Numbered from the stretch's first letter, positions 1 to 11,032 are shown. The stretch is 32,000 nucleotides of DNA from Pseudoalteromonas translucida KMM 520 (GCF_001465295.1 NZ_CP011034.1:2880001-2912000), one strand, 5' to 3'. Notes: a model not told the origin generated them from the sequence alone. Translations and numbers: made by a program.

Positions 1-104
1 GCCTGACTGCCCAGGTGCTTTTCATCGCCAATTGAACTTCGAGTAAGCTCACCACTAACTCGAAAATGTTGCTCATCAACTTGGCTTATCACCAACTTAG
101 TCAT
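1..104 (-). CDS. mlaB: STAS-domain phospholipid-transport accessory protein MlaB, N-terminal fragment (gene runs off the left edge)
   Basis: Absent from the ORF track because it is truncated. A minus-strand ATG at 104 overlaps the mlaC stop by 8 nt (AATGACTAA). The translation is MTKLVISQVDEQHFRVSGELTRSSIGDEKHLGSQ, a typical STAS-like 'SGEL' N-terminus. Its position after mlaC fits the mlaFEDCB order. Confidence 0.55.
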   Translation of the reverse strand, partial: MTKLVISQVDEQHFRVSGELTRSSIGDEKHLGSQ

Positions 105-777
105 TGGTGTCGCTGCCTCGAAACTGTACTGGCAGTTGGCTCTTTTGCTCTAAAAGATTACTTACGTGGTCAATACCTTGTTGACGTAATATGCCTTGTA
201 GCTCGCTTTGCTTTGCATCTAGTAAGCTAATACCTTCTGCAATCATATCGTAAGCGCGCCATTCACCACTTCTGTCTTCACGTACTTTAAAGTCAATTTT
301 AATATCGGGTTTACCTGCTTCAATTATCTTGGTTTTTACTACCACCACATCTTTACCTTTAAAAGGTTGTGGTGCGCCAAACTCGACTTGTTGGTTGGTG
401 TATTGGGTAAAAACACCTGCGTACGTTGCTACTAGGTACTCTCTAAATACCACAATAAAGCGCTGAATATCTTTAATTGCGCGCGCTTTTTCAGCTTCAT
501 CGGTTATTGCACGCACTTTTGATACTTCGCTGCCTAATACTCGCAGTGCCGCATATTTGTAGTCAATGTAGGGCATTAATTCTTCTTCAACAATGACACG
601 TAAGTGCTCATTATTTTTAATAATTAATGGCTGATCTTTTGTGATCCGCTCAAAGGTATTATCTGCCACTTGGCGTACCATTTTATTAGGATCAATTAGC
701 TTAACATCAGCAGCTTTAACTCCCGATGCAAACGTTAGCGTACTAAGCGCTGCAATAACTAAAAACTTTTTCAACAT
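97..777 (-). CDS. mlaC: Periplasmic phospholipid-binding protein MlaC (Ttg2D/toluene-tolerance family)
   Basis: The 226-aa ORF has an N-terminal signal peptide (MLKKFLVIAALSTLTFASGVKA). It lies directly downstream of mlaD in an mlaFEDCB-type arrangement. Confidence 0.88.
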   Translation of the reverse strand: MLKKFLVIAALSTLTFASGVKAADVKLIDPNKMVRQVADNTFERITKDQPLIIKNNEHLRVIVEEELMPYIDYKYAALRVLGSEVSKVRAITDEAEKARAIKDIQRFIVVFREYLVATYAGVFTQYTNQQVEFGAPQPFKGKDVVVVKTKIIEAGKPDIKIDFKVREDRSGEWRAYDMIAEGISLLDAKQSELQGILRQQGIDHVSNLLEQKSQLPVQFRGSDTND

Positions 778-782
778 AATAA

Positions 783-1331
783 TTACTCACTACCTTGGTT
801 GAATAAAAACTGCCCAATTAATTCTTCTAGCACTAAGGCAGACTTAGTATCGGTAATAGACCCACCGTTACCTAGCGCTTTACTTTCTACGCCAAATAAA
901 TCATCAATTGCTTGATCTTGTTCGTTATGTACCACTGTTAAGCCTAAACAACGCTGCTCTGCTGATTCTGGTGCAATAACAGGGTTAATTCCTAAGTACT
1001 GCTCACCTAAAATACCTGAGGTTAAAATTGAGATTGAGCTAGTATCTGAAAAACGACATAAATACTGTGCATCAATGGTCATATTAACAACCGGTAAAAA
1101 CTCTTGTGGATGAACATAAATAGATTCTACCCGGCCAATAACCACACCGCCCACTTTAATGGGTGCACGGGGTTTTAATGATCCTATGTTTTCAAATTTA
1201 GCATTAAGTGTATATGTGTCACCTGAGCCACTAATACCAGTGTTGGCCACTTTAAGCGCAAGCATAGCAAATGCTAAAATGCCTAGTGCGACAAAAAAAC
1301 CAACTAAAATCTCTAATTTCCGTGAATTCAT
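783..1331 (-). CDS. mlaD: MCE-domain outer-membrane lipid asymmetry protein MlaD
   Basis: The 182-aa ORF has a single N-terminal TM helix followed by an MCE-like domain (…APIKVGGVVIGRVESI…). It sits between mlaE and mlaC. Confidence 0.9.
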   Translation of the reverse strand: MNSRKLEILVGFFVALGILAFAMLALKVANTGISGSGDTYTLNAKFENIGSLKPRAPIKVGGVVIGRVESIYVHPQEFLPVVNMTIDAQYLCRFSDTSSISILTSGILGEQYLGINPVIAPESAEQRCLGLTVVHNEQDQAIDDLFGVESKALGNGGSITDTKSALVLEELIGQFLFNQGSE

Positions 1332-1344
1332 TATCTATACCCTA

Positions 1345-2127
1345 CTAGTTGGTAAACATTACCGCTGTCAAAAGAAAGTCAAACCCTAACACTGCTAAAG
1401 ATGAGTGCACCACGGTTTCTGTGGTTGCTTTACTGATCCCCTCAGAAGTTGGCACACAATCATATCCTTTATAAAGGGCGATCCAGGTCACTACAATAGC
1501 AAATACAACGCTTTTAATTATGCCGTTGAGTATGTCTTGTTGAAACGAAACTTGTGATTGCATAATTGACCAAAAACTTCCGGTATCAACGCCTAGCCAA
1601 TCAACGCCAACTAAATGAGCGCCAATAATAGCCACTGCCGAAAATATTAATGCTAACAACGGCATACTTATTAAACCAGCCCAAAAACGCGGTGCAATTA
1701 TACGTTTCAATGGATCAATGGCCATCATTTCGAGTGATGATAATTGCTCGGTTGCTTTCATTAAGCCAATTTCAGCGGTGAGCGCACTGCCCGCCCGCCC
1801 AGCAAATAGCAATGCAGTAACCACAGGGCCAAGCTCTCTAAGTAAACTCAGTGCAACTAAAGGACCTAAGCTATCTTCAGCACCATAACCAACCAGCACT
1901 GTATAGCCTTGCAGCGCTAATACCATGCCAATAAACAACCCCGACACCACAATAATGAGCAACGATTGTGAGCCCACCATATAAAGCTGGCGAATGAGTA
2001 AGGGGGTGCCTTTTTTAAAATTAGGTATGTGTACAAGTGCACCAAATAACATATGTGCTGAGCGCCCTAGCGCTGCAAAACGACCTAGTGTTTTATGCCC
2101 TATTTTTTGCAGAAAATTCAACATCAT
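1345..2127 (-). CDS. mlaE: ABC transporter permease MlaE
   Basis: The 260-aa polytopic membrane ORF has an N-terminus ([17 protein letters not shown]) similar to E. coli MlaE. Its start overlaps the mlaF stop in an ATGA arrangement. Confidence 0.92.
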   Translation of the reverse strand: MMLNFLQKIGHKTLGRFAALGRSAHMLFGALVHIPNFKKGTPLLIRQLYMVGSQSLLIIVVSGLFIGMVLALQGYTVLVGYGAEDSLGPLVALSLLRELGPVVTALLFAGRAGSALTAEIGLMKATEQLSSLEMMAIDPLKRIIAPRFWAGLISMPLLALIFSAVAIIGAHLVGVDWLGVDTGSFWSIMQSQVSFQQDILNGIIKSVVFAIVVTWIALYKGYDCVPTSEGISKATTETVVHSSLAVLGFDFLLTAVMFTN

Positions 2128-2939
2128 TTATTCTCTCCAAGCAACTCATCTGCATATGTTTGTGCCGGGAAATGAAATGGCACAGGACCATCCGATAAGC
2201 CTTTTAAAAACTGCTGTACCAAAGGCGATTCATGTTGACGCATTTGTTCTGGCGTTCCACTGCCAATAACACCTTGATCGGCAATTATTATAACGTGATC
2301 GGCAATGCTCATGACTTCTTTCACATCATGGGTCACAATTAAAGACGATAAACCAAGCACTTCATTGAGTGACTTTATAAGCTTTACCAATACTCCCATA
2401 GAAATAGGGTCTTGGCCTGCAAATGGCTCATCATACATAATTAATTCAGGGTCAAGTGCTATAGAGCGGGCTAAAGCTGCACGGCGAGCCATACCACCTG
2501 ACAACTCCGACGGCATTAAATCTTTGGCGCCTCGTAAACCCACAGCTTGTAACTTCATTAATACTACTAAGCGAATAAGATCTTCACTTAGCTTAGTGTG
2601 CTCTCGAATCGGAAAAGCAATATTATCGAATACCGACATGTCAGTAAATAATGCACCACTTTGAAAAAGCATACTCATTTTGGTACGCGCTTCATATAGT
2701 GCTTTACGTGACATTTTTGGAATACTATTGCCTTCAAATAAAATATCACCCGAGTCAGGCTTTAGCTGACCGCCAATTAAACGTAGCATGGTAGTTTTAC
2801 CAATGCCGCTTGGCCCCATAATGGCAGTGATTTTACCTTTAGGAACACTAAAACTCATATTTTTATATATGATTCTATCGCCCCTTGAAAAGCAAACATC
2901 CTTGACTTCTACTATTGATTGCGACAAGTCGCTCTCCAT
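2124..2939 (-). CDS. mlaF: ABC transporter ATP-binding protein MlaF
   Basis: It carries Walker [10 protein letters not shown], signature LSGGMARR and Walker [12 protein letters not shown]. The track ORF extends to 3026, but the plausible start is the ATG at 2939 ([15 protein letters not shown]…). The upstream 29 codons look like non-coding read-through. Confidence 0.88.
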   Translation of the reverse strand: MESDLSQSIVEVKDVCFSRGDRIIYKNMSFSVPKGKITAIMGPSGIGKTTMLRLIGGQLKPDSGDILFEGNSIPKMSRKALYEARTKMSMLFQSGALFTDMSVFDNIAFPIREHTKLSEDLIRLVVLMKLQAVGLRGAKDLMPSELSGGMARRAALARSIALDPELIMYDEPFAGQDPISMGVLVKLIKSLNEVLGLSSLIVTHDVKEVMSIADHVIIIADQGVIGSGTPEQMRQHESPLVQQFLKGLSDGPVPFHFPAQTYADELLGENK

Positions 2940-3205
2940 AACAATATTCACTCGTATTCCTATTTTAAGGCTTTTTCGACCAAGATGGAAAAAACAATTC
3001 GTAAGATTTTGTAATGTAATTGCCAAAACAGTTATAAGGCTCGCTCAAACCACCTTAACCTTGGCTTAAACCTTTGCATAGCATACCCTAAATATTTATA
3101 AAATAAGTGATTAACCGTCCTCTTCGCCACTGTTTTATTTATACTTTCAGATTGGCTTTTGTTACTATTCGCGCAATATGTATTTTCAATTACTGGTTCA
3201 ATACA

Positions 3206-4174
3206 ATGGTTACCTCATTTGTTATTTTAATTTTTGGTCTTGCTGGCCTAGTTTGGAGCGCAGACAAGTTCGTTTATGGCGCCGCAGCACTGGCGAAAAA
3301 CTTTGGCGTGCCTACTTTAATTGTCGGGTTAACCGTTGTTGCAATGGGTTCATCTGCACCTGAAATGATGGTTTCGGCTTCTGCCGCTTTAGCAGGCAAA
3401 ACCGATACGGCCATAGGCAATGCCGTTGGCTCAAACATAACCAATATTTTATTAGTACTGGGTATTACCGCTTTATTGCGCCCGCTGTCTGTTTCATCAA
3501 GTACCTTAAAACGTGAAATACCTCTGGTATTAATTATTTCGTTAGCTACTTGGTATATTTTTTCAGATAACTATTTTTCATACCCAGAAGCAATTGCCTT
3601 ACTTATTGGTTTTGTTGTATTTATTTTTGGACTTATTATTATTTCCCTAAGAGCTAAAAATAATAATGATCCATTTGTAAACGAGGCCTGCGATGAAGTA
3701 CCCGATAACGTTCCTACTAAAAAGGCAGTATTTTGGCTAATTGTGGGCTTGATATTACTTCCTGTTAGTTCTCATTTTTTAGTTGGCTCAGCTGTCGATA
3801 TTGCAAAATTCTTTGGCTTAAGTGACTTGGTAATTGGCTTAACTATTATTGCTATTGGCACCAGTTTACCAGAACTGGCAGCGTCTGTTGCAGGTGTGCT
3901 TAAAAATGAAGATGATCTAGCACTGGGTAATATTGTGGGCTCAAATATTTTTAATATTTTAGCCGTGTTACCACTTGCCGGTATTATCAACCCATCGGTA
4001 ATCGACCCTTCTATTGCTAATCGTGATGTACTGATTATGATTGCAGCAACCTTGGCACTTATTGTTATGTCATTGAACTTTAGAGGCGCACAGCGTATCA
4101 ATAGAGTTGAGGGTGGTTTACTGCTAAGCGCATTTTTGATTTACCAAGGTTACATTTTTAGTCAAATAGGGTAA
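3206..4174 (+). CDS. yrbG: Inner-membrane Ca2+/Na+ antiporter family protein (YrbG-like, two Na_Ca_ex repeats)
   Basis: It has duplicated alpha-repeat motifs GSSAPE…GNAVGSNI and GTSLPE…GNIVGSNIFN. It is divergent from mlaF and upstream of kdsD, as in E. coli. I chose the ATG at 3206 (MVTSFVILIFGLAG…). The track ORF start at 3107 adds an implausible leader. Confidence 0.85.
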   Translation: MVTSFVILIFGLAGLVWSADKFVYGAAALAKNFGVPTLIVGLTVVAMGSSAPEMMVSASAALAGKTDTAIGNAVGSNITNILLVLGITALLRPLSVSSSTLKREIPLVLIISLATWYIFSDNYFSYPEAIALLIGFVVFIFGLIIISLRAKNNNDPFVNEACDEVPDNVPTKKAVFWLIVGLILLPVSSHFLVGSAVDIAKFFGLSDLVIGLTIIAIGTSLPELAASVAGVLKNEDDLALGNIVGSNIFNILAVLPLAGIINPSVIDPSIANRDVLIMIAATLALIVMSLNFRGAQRINRVEGGLLLSAFLIYQGYIFSQIG

Positions 4175-4183
4175 GAGTTGTCT

Positions 4184-5155
4184 ATGACCAAGCTAAGTTT
4201 TATCGAGCAAGGACTACGCGTTCTTGATATCGAGCGCCAAGCACTTTTTGATATAAAACAATATGTAGATGATAATTTTCATCAGGCATGTCAGCTTATG
4301 TATGACTGCAGCGGCCGTATTATAATTATTGGTATGGGTAAGTCGGGGCATATTGGCCATAAAATTGCGGCAACTTTAGCAAGTACTGGCAGCCCTGCTT
4401 TTTTTGTGCACCCTGGCGAAGCCAGTCACGGTGATTTAGGCATGATCACTAAAAACGATGTCGTTATGCTTATTTCTAACTCTGGCGAAACCAGTGAAGT
4501 ACTTAATATTATTCCCGTGTTAAAACGCCTTGGTGCAAAAATTATTTCCATGACAGGAAATACGCAATCAACTATGGCAACACTTGCTAACGTGCATGTA
4601 TGCATTAAAGTAGAAAAAGAAGCCTGCTCATTAGGCTTAGCACCAACAGCAAGTACCACTGCCACACTCGCAATGGGCGATGCAATGGCGGTAGCACTGT
4701 TAGAAGCGCGCGGATTTACTGCCGATGACTTTGCACTATCGCACCCCGGTGGCAGTTTAGGGAAGCGATTACTGCTCACCTTAAAAGATGTTATGCACAG
4801 CGGTGTAAATACGCCTATTATAACTACTTCGCAAACCATTAAAGATGCGCTGATTGAAATGACAGCTAAAGGCTTAGGTATGACCGCCATAGTTGACGAT
4901 AATCAGCAACTCGCCGGGTTATTTACCGATGGTGATTTACGTCGTATTTTAGAGCAACGCGTTGATATTCATACCACGCTAATAGATGCAGTGATGACTA
5001 AATCGTGTACCACGGCAACCCAAGATATGCTTGCTGCGCAAGCGCTTAATATTATGGAACATAAACGTATTAATGGCTTAATTATTATTAATGAGCATAA
5101 TCAGCCTATTGGGGCACTCAATATGCAAGACCTACTTAAAGCAGGAGTATTATAA
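4184..5155 (+). CDS. kdsD: Arabinose-5-phosphate isomerase KdsD (SIS domain plus CBS pair)
   Basis: The SIS motif GMGKSGHIG is present, along with a C-terminal CBS pair. The ATG at 4184 is preceded by TAAGAG. The track start at 4178 is a TTG two codons upstream. Confidence 0.9.
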   Translation: MTKLSFIEQGLRVLDIERQALFDIKQYVDDNFHQACQLMYDCSGRIIIIGMGKSGHIGHKIAATLASTGSPAFFVHPGEASHGDLGMITKNDVVMLISNSGETSEVLNIIPVLKRLGAKIISMTGNTQSTMATLANVHVCIKVEKEACSLGLAPTASTTATLAMGDAMAVALLEARGFTADDFALSHPGGSLGKRLLLTLKDVMHSGVNTPIITTSQTIKDALIEMTAKGLGMTAIVDDNQQLAGLFTDGDLRRILEQRVDIHTTLIDAVMTKSCTTATQDMLAAQALNIMEHKRINGLIIINEHNQPIGALNMQDLLKAGVL

Positions 5156-5707
5156 ATGCAATTTGAAGAACTCTATCAAGCGCTAAGTGATGACGCTAAA
5201 GCGCGCGCAAAAAAAGTAAAGCTACTTATATGCGATATTGATGGCGTATTTTCTGATGGCCGAATTTACCTTGGCAACCAAGGTGAAGAGCTAAAAGCAT
5301 TTAATACAAAAGATGGCTTTGGTATTAAAGCACTTATTAACAGCGGCTTTGAAGTAGCGGTTATTACCGGCAGGCACTCGCAAATAGTACAACAACGCAT
5401 GACCAGCTTAACCGTACAGCATATTTATCAAGGTCAAGAAAACAAGCTTATTGCCTACCAAGAACTTAAAAACAAACTTAATTTAAGCGATGAGCAAATT
5501 GCTTATATTGGTGATGACGGCCCAGATATGCCTGTTATGGAGTTAGTTGGCTTTGCAGTAGCAGTAAACGACGCGCATCCACTAATTAAACGCTTAGCAC
5601 ATTATACTACGCAAATGCCGGGTGGTTTTGGTGCAGTAAGAGAGCTAACCGACTTACTTATGCTTGAAAACAATAAACCATTAACCAGCCAAGGCACTAG
5701 TTCATGA
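5156..5707 (+). CDS. kdsC: KDO-8-phosphate phosphatase KdsC (HAD superfamily)
   Basis: It has the HAD motif I DIDGVFSDG and the GDDGPDMP motif. Its start abuts the kdsD stop (TAAATG). Confidence 0.9.
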   Translation: MQFEELYQALSDDAKARAKKVKLLICDIDGVFSDGRIYLGNQGEELKAFNTKDGFGIKALINSGFEVAVITGRHSQIVQQRMTSLTVQHIYQGQENKLIAYQELKNKLNLSDEQIAYIGDDGPDMPVMELVGFAVAVNDAHPLIKRLAHYTTQMPGGFGAVRELTDLLMLENNKPLTSQGTSS

Positions 5708-6258
5708 ATATAGCGCGCATAGTCTTAAGCGTTTTATTCATCAGCTGTATGGTTTGGCTTTGGTACCCTTATTTTACTCAGGTAAATACGGTTGTTAAAG
5801 CCGACTCCGAAGTAATAGCTAAACCCGATTACACCGCCATTGAGCTAAAACAAACAGCTTTTGACGAAAACGGTAAAATTAGCCATAAAGTAACTGCGGT
5901 TAAAATGGAGCTTTACGAGCAGCTAGGATTTACCTTATTCGAAAAGCCTACTTTTATATTGTACGACGACAGGCAAACTTGGCGTATAAATGCTGATGAA
6001 GCAACACTTTACGATGAAAGACAATTAATTTTAGAGGGTAATGTAACTGCCCAAAACTTAATTGATGGCGCAATGATAGACAAAATCACCGCCGACAATA
6101 TTCAAGTAGATATAAAGCTACTCACTATGCGCAGCGAACAACCCGTTATTATAACTGGACCGAATTTAAAGATCACCGGTAAAGGCCTTGAAGCCAATTT
6201 AACAACCGAGGTGATAAAACTAATTAACCATACGCGAACACTATATTATGACCAATAA
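5704..6258 (+). CDS. lptC: LPS export protein LptC
   Basis: The 184-aa ORF has a single N-terminal TM anchor. It overlaps kdsC (ATGA) and lptA by 11 nt. The kdsC-lptC-lptA-lptB order is canonical. Confidence 0.85.
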   Translation: MNIARIVLSVLFISCMVWLWYPYFTQVNTVVKADSEVIAKPDYTAIELKQTAFDENGKISHKVTAVKMELYEQLGFTLFEKPTFILYDDRQTWRINADEATLYDERQLILEGNVTAQNLIDGAMIDKITADNIQVDIKLLTMRSEQPVIITGPNLKITGKGLEANLTTEVIKLINHTRTLYYDQ

Positions 6259-6793
6259 CCTTGCAAAAATACTTATTATTCCATCGCTTATACTTGTATT
6301 TAATAGTAATGCGGCAGAGCAAAGTACTTCCCCACTAGCTAATCAAATTTCTATTAGTGCTGACCGACAAGAAGGTCAACTAAAAGAAAATGTTGGTATT
6401 TTTGAAAAAAACGTCGAGATTATCCACGGTAATCGTCGTATCACCGCCGATCGTTTAGAAGTACATAAGCGCGACGAGCTTGGCGATAATAAACAACTAT
6501 TAATTGCCACGGGCAGCCCTGCATATTTTGAAGAAAAGCAAGCAGATGGCACTGTCATGAGCGCCAGCGCTAACGAAGTACGTTACGATGTAGCGAAACG
6601 TTTTTTAACCCTAGTAGGAGATGCAAACATTTCTCAAGCTGGGCAAAAAATCACGGCTAAAAGTATCACCTACGATATAGAACAACAGCTTATAAGTGCT
6701 GAAAAAGATGAAAACTCAACTGATCGGGTACACACTATTTTAGTGCCTATAGACGCAAAAAAAGAACAAAAACTCAATAAAGGTCAGCCATGA
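6248..6793 (+). CDS. lptA: Periplasmic LPS transport protein LptA (OstA-like)
   Basis: It has a signal peptide (…[10 protein letters not shown]) and an OstA-like beta-jellyroll sequence. It shows an ATGA overlap with lptB. Confidence 0.85.
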   Translation: MTNNLAKILIIPSLILVFNSNAAEQSTSPLANQISISADRQEGQLKENVGIFEKNVEIIHGNRRITADRLEVHKRDELGDNKQLLIATGSPAYFEEKQADGTVMSASANEVRYDVAKRFLTLVGDANISQAGQKITAKSITYDIEQQLISAEKDENSTDRVHTILVPIDAKKEQKLNKGQP

Positions 6794-7515
6794 GTACATT
6801 AAAAGCAGAGCTATTAGCAAAAAGCTATAAAGGCCGTGAAGTTGTTAAAAATGTAGGCCTTGAAGTAAAAGCAGGGAGCATTGTTGGCTTACTTGGGCCC
6901 AATGGCGCAGGTAAAACCACGACCTTTTATATGATTGTAGGCTTAGTTCCTAGCGACAAAGGTAAAATATCAATTGATGATAACGATATTACCCTACTTC
7001 CTATGCACAGCCGTGCTCGTTTAGGTATTGGTTATTTACCACAAGAATCTTCTATTTTTAGAAAGCTCACTGTGTATCAAAATTTAATGGCTATTTTAGA
7101 AACGCGTAAGCAACTAAACAAACAAGCCAGAGAAGAAACCCTAAATAGCTTGCTGGACGAATTTAGCCTGCAACATATTCGCGACAGCTTAGGCATGGCG
7201 CTATCTGGTGGTGAACGTCGCCGCGTAGAAATAGCACGTGCTTTAGCTGCAGATCCTAAATTTATATTACTTGATGAGCCCTTTGCTGGCGTGGATCCTA
7301 TTTCAGTACTCGATATTAAAAAAATTATAGAACATCTTAAAAACCGTGGTATTGGCGTGCTAATTACCGACCACAATGTAAGGGAAACCCTTGATGTTTG
7401 TGAAAAAGCCTACATTGTTTCTCATGGGGAGCTAATTGCATCTGGTACTCCTGAATTTGTATTAAATGATAAAACAGTACGTGATGTTTATTTAGGCGAG
7501 CAGTTCAAACTGTAA
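6790..7515 (+). CDS. lptB: LPS export ABC transporter ATPase LptB
   Basis: It carries Walker [10 protein letters not shown], signature LSGGERRR and Walker [12 protein letters not shown]. It lies immediately upstream of rpoN. Confidence 0.95.
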   Translation: MSTLKAELLAKSYKGREVVKNVGLEVKAGSIVGLLGPNGAGKTTTFYMIVGLVPSDKGKISIDDNDITLLPMHSRARLGIGYLPQESSIFRKLTVYQNLMAILETRKQLNKQAREETLNSLLDEFSLQHIRDSLGMALSGGERRRVEIARALAADPKFILLDEPFAGVDPISVLDIKKIIEHLKNRGIGVLITDHNVRETLDVCEKAYIVSHGELIASGTPEFVLNDKTVRDVYLGEQFKL

Positions 7516-7584
7516 TATTTATGTTATTACTATAAGCATCTGCTAAGATTAATCATATCAATTTATAAGGATTGTTAGAGATAA

Positions 7585-9078
7585 ATGAGGCAATCATTAC
7601 AGCTGCGCATGGGCCAGCAACTTACAATGACTCCGCAACTGCAACAGGCTATTCGCTTATTGCAGCTTAGTACCTTGGATCTCCAGCAAGAAATACAAGA
7701 AGCACTTGATAGCAACCCATTACTTGAAGTTGATGAGCAAGATTACACGGAAGAATCAGCTGGTAAAAACGAGCAAAAAGCAGATGACATTACTGTTAGC
7801 GCCTCTGCCGATGACACCCCAAGCGAGTATGAGCAAGATAGCGGTGAAGCACTAAACAAAGACACCATAAGCGACGATATGGCCATGGATGTATCATGGG
7901 ATGAATATATGAGCGCAGCGCCTGCCTCTTCATCAGGGCCAATGCCTGAAGATGAATCTATTTATCAAGGTGCATCAACCGAAACCCTGCATGAATACTT
8001 AATGTGGCAATTACAGCTCACTCCTTTTAGTCCTACCGATGAAGCTATTGCTATAGCTATTGTTGAAGCCGTAGATGACTCTGGTATTTTAACCCTCAGT
8101 TGCGAAGATCTTTTAGCAAGCTTTAACCAAGAAAGTGATGACGAACACGAAGTAGAGCTAGATGAAATAGAAGCCGTGCTAAAGCGCATTCAATTATTTG
8201 ATCCTGTTGGTATTGCAGCTCGCAGCTTGCAAGAATGCTTATGTATTCAATTAAATCAATTTGATAAAGACACCCCTTATATTAACGAAACAAAAATGGT
8301 GTTAACTGATCATATCGATTTACTCGCTGCTCGCGACTATCGTACGTTAATGAAAAAAACTAAGCTCAAAGAAGAAGAGCTTAAAGAAATAATGACACTT
8401 ATTCATACGCTTAATCCTAAGCCTGCGGATACCATTGTCAGAGAAGAATCTGAATACGTTATACCTGACGTGTCGGTAAAAAAAATAAAAGGCCGCTGGG
8501 TGGTAGAGCTAAACCCAGATAGCATGCCAAAAATACGTGTTAACAGCCAATATGCGGCTATGTCTCGTACGGTAAAATCCAGTGGTGACAGCCAATTTAT
8601 TCGCTCGCACTTACAAGAAGCTAAATGGTTTATTAAAAGCCTAGAAAGTAGAAATGAAACACTCCTAAAAGTAACTAATTGTATTGTTAAGCAACAACAA
8701 GCATTTTTTGAACATGGCCCAGAAGCCATGAAACCTATGGTTTTAAACGATGTTGCCGAAATAGTTGAAATGCACGAGTCGACTATTTCACGGGTCACTA
8801 CGCAAAAGTATATGCACACTCCACGTGGCATTTTTGAGCTTAAGTACTTTTTTTCAAGCCATGTAAGCACCGAAAATGGTGGCGAATGTTCATCAACTGC
8901 CATACGTGCCTTGATTAAAAAGTTGATCGCTGCAGAAAACTTAGCCAAACCATTGAGTGATAGCAAGATTGCAGATATATTGGCTGAGCAAGGAATTAAA
9001 GTAGCTAGACGGACAATTGCAAAATATCGCGAATCTCTGGCTATTCCCCCGTCGAATCAACGTAAAAGCTTGATTTAA
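7585..9078 (+). CDS. rpoN: RNA polymerase sigma-54 factor RpoN
   Basis: The N-terminus [33 protein letters not shown] is near-identical to the E. coli region I. The C-terminal RpoN box [10 protein letters not shown] is present. Confidence 0.97.
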   Translation: MRQSLQLRMGQQLTMTPQLQQAIRLLQLSTLDLQQEIQEALDSNPLLEVDEQDYTEESAGKNEQKADDITVSASADDTPSEYEQDSGEALNKDTISDDMAMDVSWDEYMSAAPASSSGPMPEDESIYQGASTETLHEYLMWQLQLTPFSPTDEAIAIAIVEAVDDSGILTLSCEDLLASFNQESDDEHEVELDEIEAVLKRIQLFDPVGIAARSLQECLCIQLNQFDKDTPYINETKMVLTDHIDLLAARDYRTLMKKTKLKEEELKEIMTLIHTLNPKPADTIVREESEYVIPDVSVKKIKGRWVVELNPDSMPKIRVNSQYAAMSRTVKSSGDSQFIRSHLQEAKWFIKSLESRNETLLKVTNCIVKQQQAFFEHGPEAMKPMVLNDVAEIVEMHESTISRVTTQKYMHTPRGIFELKYFFSSHVSTENGGECSSTAIRALIKKLIAAENLAKPLSDSKIADILAEQGIKVARRTIAKYRESLAIPPSNQRKSLI

Positions 9079-9104
9079 GACGTACAACAAAGAGGAAAAT
9101 GCTG

Positions 9105-9392
9105 ATGCAACTAAACTTAACTGGTCGTCATGTAGACATTACAGACTCATTAAGAGACTATGTAAATAATAAATTTGCAAAGCTGCAAAGACACTCAGAT
9201 CACATAACTAATGTGCATGTTATTCTCGATGTAGAAAAATTAAGTCAAAAAGCTGAAGCAACAATTTTTGTAAGTGGCGCTGAGCTATTTGCATCGACCG
9301 AACACCAAGATATGTACGCTGCCATTGACTCGTTGATTGACAAACTCGATCGTCAAGTAATTAAACACAAAGAGAAGTTTGCTCGACACTAA
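9105..9392 (+). CDS. hpf: Ribosome hibernation promoting factor HPF
   Basis: MQLNLTGRHVDITDSLRDYV… aligns with E. coli Hpf (MQLNITGNNVEITEALREFV…). The ATG at 9105 has better spacing to AAGAGGA than the track start at 9099. Confidence 0.9.
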   Translation: MQLNLTGRHVDITDSLRDYVNNKFAKLQRHSDHITNVHVILDVEKLSQKAEATIFVSGAELFASTEHQDMYAAIDSLIDKLDRQVIKHKEKFARH

Positions 9393-9396
9393 CACT

Positions 9397-9849
9397 ATGA
9401 AATTAAGCTCACTTATATGCCAGGACTGCAGCAAAGCTGTGGTCCTTTTTAATAGTAAAAAAAGAATTTTAGAATTCATCAGTGAACTCGCGCATAAAAA
9501 AATGCCGTATTTACCCCAGCAAGATATTCTCACTGCTTTATTAGCAAGAGAAAAGCTAGGCAGTACCGGTATTGGCCGAGGAATAGCAATTCCACATGGC
9601 CGTATGAGCGGGGCGCAGGAACCTCTTGCCTTAATTTTAATAAGCGAAACCGCTATTAATTTTGATGCAATTGATAATCGTCCAGTTGATATTTTTGTTG
9701 CACTTATAGTGCCCGATGGCGATAACCAGCAGCACTTGAAAACACTAGCCACAATAGCTGATAAACTAAACGATAAAGAGTTTTGTAAGCAATTGCGTGC
9801 GGCAAAGTCTGATGAAGCGTTATACCAAGTTATTTTGGATCAATCCTAG
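9397..9849 (+). CDS. ptsN: Nitrogen-related PTS enzyme IIA (EIIA-Ntr, PtsN)
   Basis: The PTS_EIIA_2 active-site region GIGRGIAIPHGR is present. I chose the ATG at 9397 (MKLSSLI…), just after the hpf stop. The track start at 9379 is a TTG inside hpf. Confidence 0.88.
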   Translation: MKLSSLICQDCSKAVVLFNSKKRILEFISELAHKKMPYLPQQDILTALLAREKLGSTGIGRGIAIPHGRMSGAQEPLALILISETAINFDAIDNRPVDIFVALIVPDGDNQQHLKTLATIADKLNDKEFCKQLRAAKSDEALYQVILDQS

Positions 9850-9870
9850 TTACTAATAAAGGGGTGGTAA

Positions 9871-10716
9871 ATGGAATTAATTATTATAAGTGGCCGATCG
9901 GGTTCTGGTAAATCGGTTGCTTTACGTGTTGTTGAAGATTTAGGTTACTATTGTGTAGATAATATTCCGGTAAATTTACTGCCTTCATTAGTGCGCAGTG
10001 TCTCTGATAACTACGATAAAATAGCCGTTAGTATAGACGTGCGTAACCTGCCTAAAGATCAGCAGCAGTTTAACGATATTCTTGAGTACTTGCCCGACTT
10101 TGCTAAACCAACGTTATTTTATTTAGATAGCGACGATCAAACATTAATCCGCCGTTATTCAGAAACGCGTCGTTTGCACCCGCTCTCGATTGATTCGCTA
10201 CCGCTAGATTTAGCAATACAAAAAGAAAAAGAATTACTCGATGTACTCGTAACACGGGCTGATCATGTCATTGATACAACCGATTTAAGTGTGCATCAAC
10301 TTGCTGAATCTATGCGTGAAACCATACTCGGTAAAAAAGACAAACAGCTTATCATTACCTTTGAGTCGTTTGGCTTTAAGCATGGTATTCCCAAAGGTGC
10401 TGATTATGTTTTTGATGCGCGTTTTTTACCAAATCCACACTGGGAACCTGAGCTAAAGCCTTTAACTGGGCTAGATCAACCCGTTAAAGATTATTTAGCT
10501 AGTCATAGTATTGTGCAAAAATTCACTTGGCAAATTCAAACATTTGTACAAACGTGGTTACCACACCTAGAGCGTAATAATCGTAGTTACTTAACGATTG
10601 CTATTGGCTGTACCGGTGGTCAGCATCGCTCAGTTTATTTAGCGCAAACAATTGGTGAAAGCTTTGCTATGTCTCACCCTAATGTAAAAATTCGCCATCG
10701 CGAGCAAGAAAAATAA
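9871..10716 (+). CDS. rapZ: RNase adapter protein RapZ (YhbJ)
   Basis: The N-terminal P-loop ISGRSGSGKSVALRVVEDLGYYCVDNIP and the C-terminal CTGGQHRSV motif are both present. It occupies the canonical position after ptsN. Confidence 0.93.
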   Translation: MELIIISGRSGSGKSVALRVVEDLGYYCVDNIPVNLLPSLVRSVSDNYDKIAVSIDVRNLPKDQQQFNDILEYLPDFAKPTLFYLDSDDQTLIRRYSETRRLHPLSIDSLPLDLAIQKEKELLDVLVTRADHVIDTTDLSVHQLAESMRETILGKKDKQLIITFESFGFKHGIPKGADYVFDARFLPNPHWEPELKPLTGLDQPVKDYLASHSIVQKFTWQIQTFVQTWLPHLERNNRSYLTIAIGCTGGQHRSVYLAQTIGESFAMSHPNVKIRHREQEK

Positions 10717-10759
10717 TTCAATTTAAATAATCATCTGTTCAGCTTAAGTAGAGTATCTT

Positions 10760-11032
10760 ATGCGCTTAGAAAATACGTTTTTAATAAAAAACAAACTTGG
10801 TCTGCATGCTAGAGCCGCTACCGTATTAGCACAATTAGCGGTACAATTTGACGCATCTATTACCTTATTTCAGGATGAAAAAGAAGCCGCTGGCGATAGC
10901 GTACTGGCTTTAATGCTACTTGAAAGCAGCCAAGGTAAAGAAGTAAAAGTAGTGTGCGAAGGACCCGATGCAGAGCATGCGTTACATGCCGTTGGCCAAT
11001 TAATAGCGCAGCGCTTTAACGAACAAGAATAG
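10760..11032 (+). CDS. ptsO: Phosphocarrier protein NPr (PtsO, HPr-like)
   Basis: The 90-aa HPr-fold ORF has the active-site motif NKLGLHARAA. It follows rapZ, as in E. coli. Confidence 0.87.
   Translation: MRLENTFLIKNKLGLHARAATVLAQLAVQFDASITLFQDEKEAAGDSVLALMLLESSQGKEVKVVCEGPDAEHALHAVGQLIAQRFNEQE

Noticed and set aside
2940-3205. The track ORFs for mlaF (to 3026) and yrbG (from 3107) have N-terminal extensions. Similar extensions appear for kdsD, hpf, ptsN, cobO, btuC and maoP.
   Set aside because: The extensions add residues not seen in homologues as I recall them (for example MAITLQNLTNCFFHLGRKSLKIGIRVNIV… and MINRPLRHCFIYTFRLAF…). They often start at TTG and lack RBSs. Internal ATG starts with Shine-Dalgarno motifs match the homologous N-termini.
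8403-8966. A long antisense ORF (187 aa) lies inside rpoN. Similar opposite-strand or off-frame ORFs are listed in the track at 1159-1389, 1994-2269, 2305-2664, 2788-3069, 3772-4101, 4426-4890, 7077-7376, 9285-9752, 11260-11511, 12223-12516, 13299-13586, 15079-15351, 18975-19274, 19899-20282, 20119-20343, 23354-23680, 25546-25893 and 26823-27236.
   Set aside because: Each lies entirely within, or is mostly overlapped by, a confidently identified conserved gene. Their translations are low-complexity (Ser-, Leu-, Ile- and Cys-rich) with no recognisable motifs. They lack RBS or terminator context. They are typical shadow ORFs.
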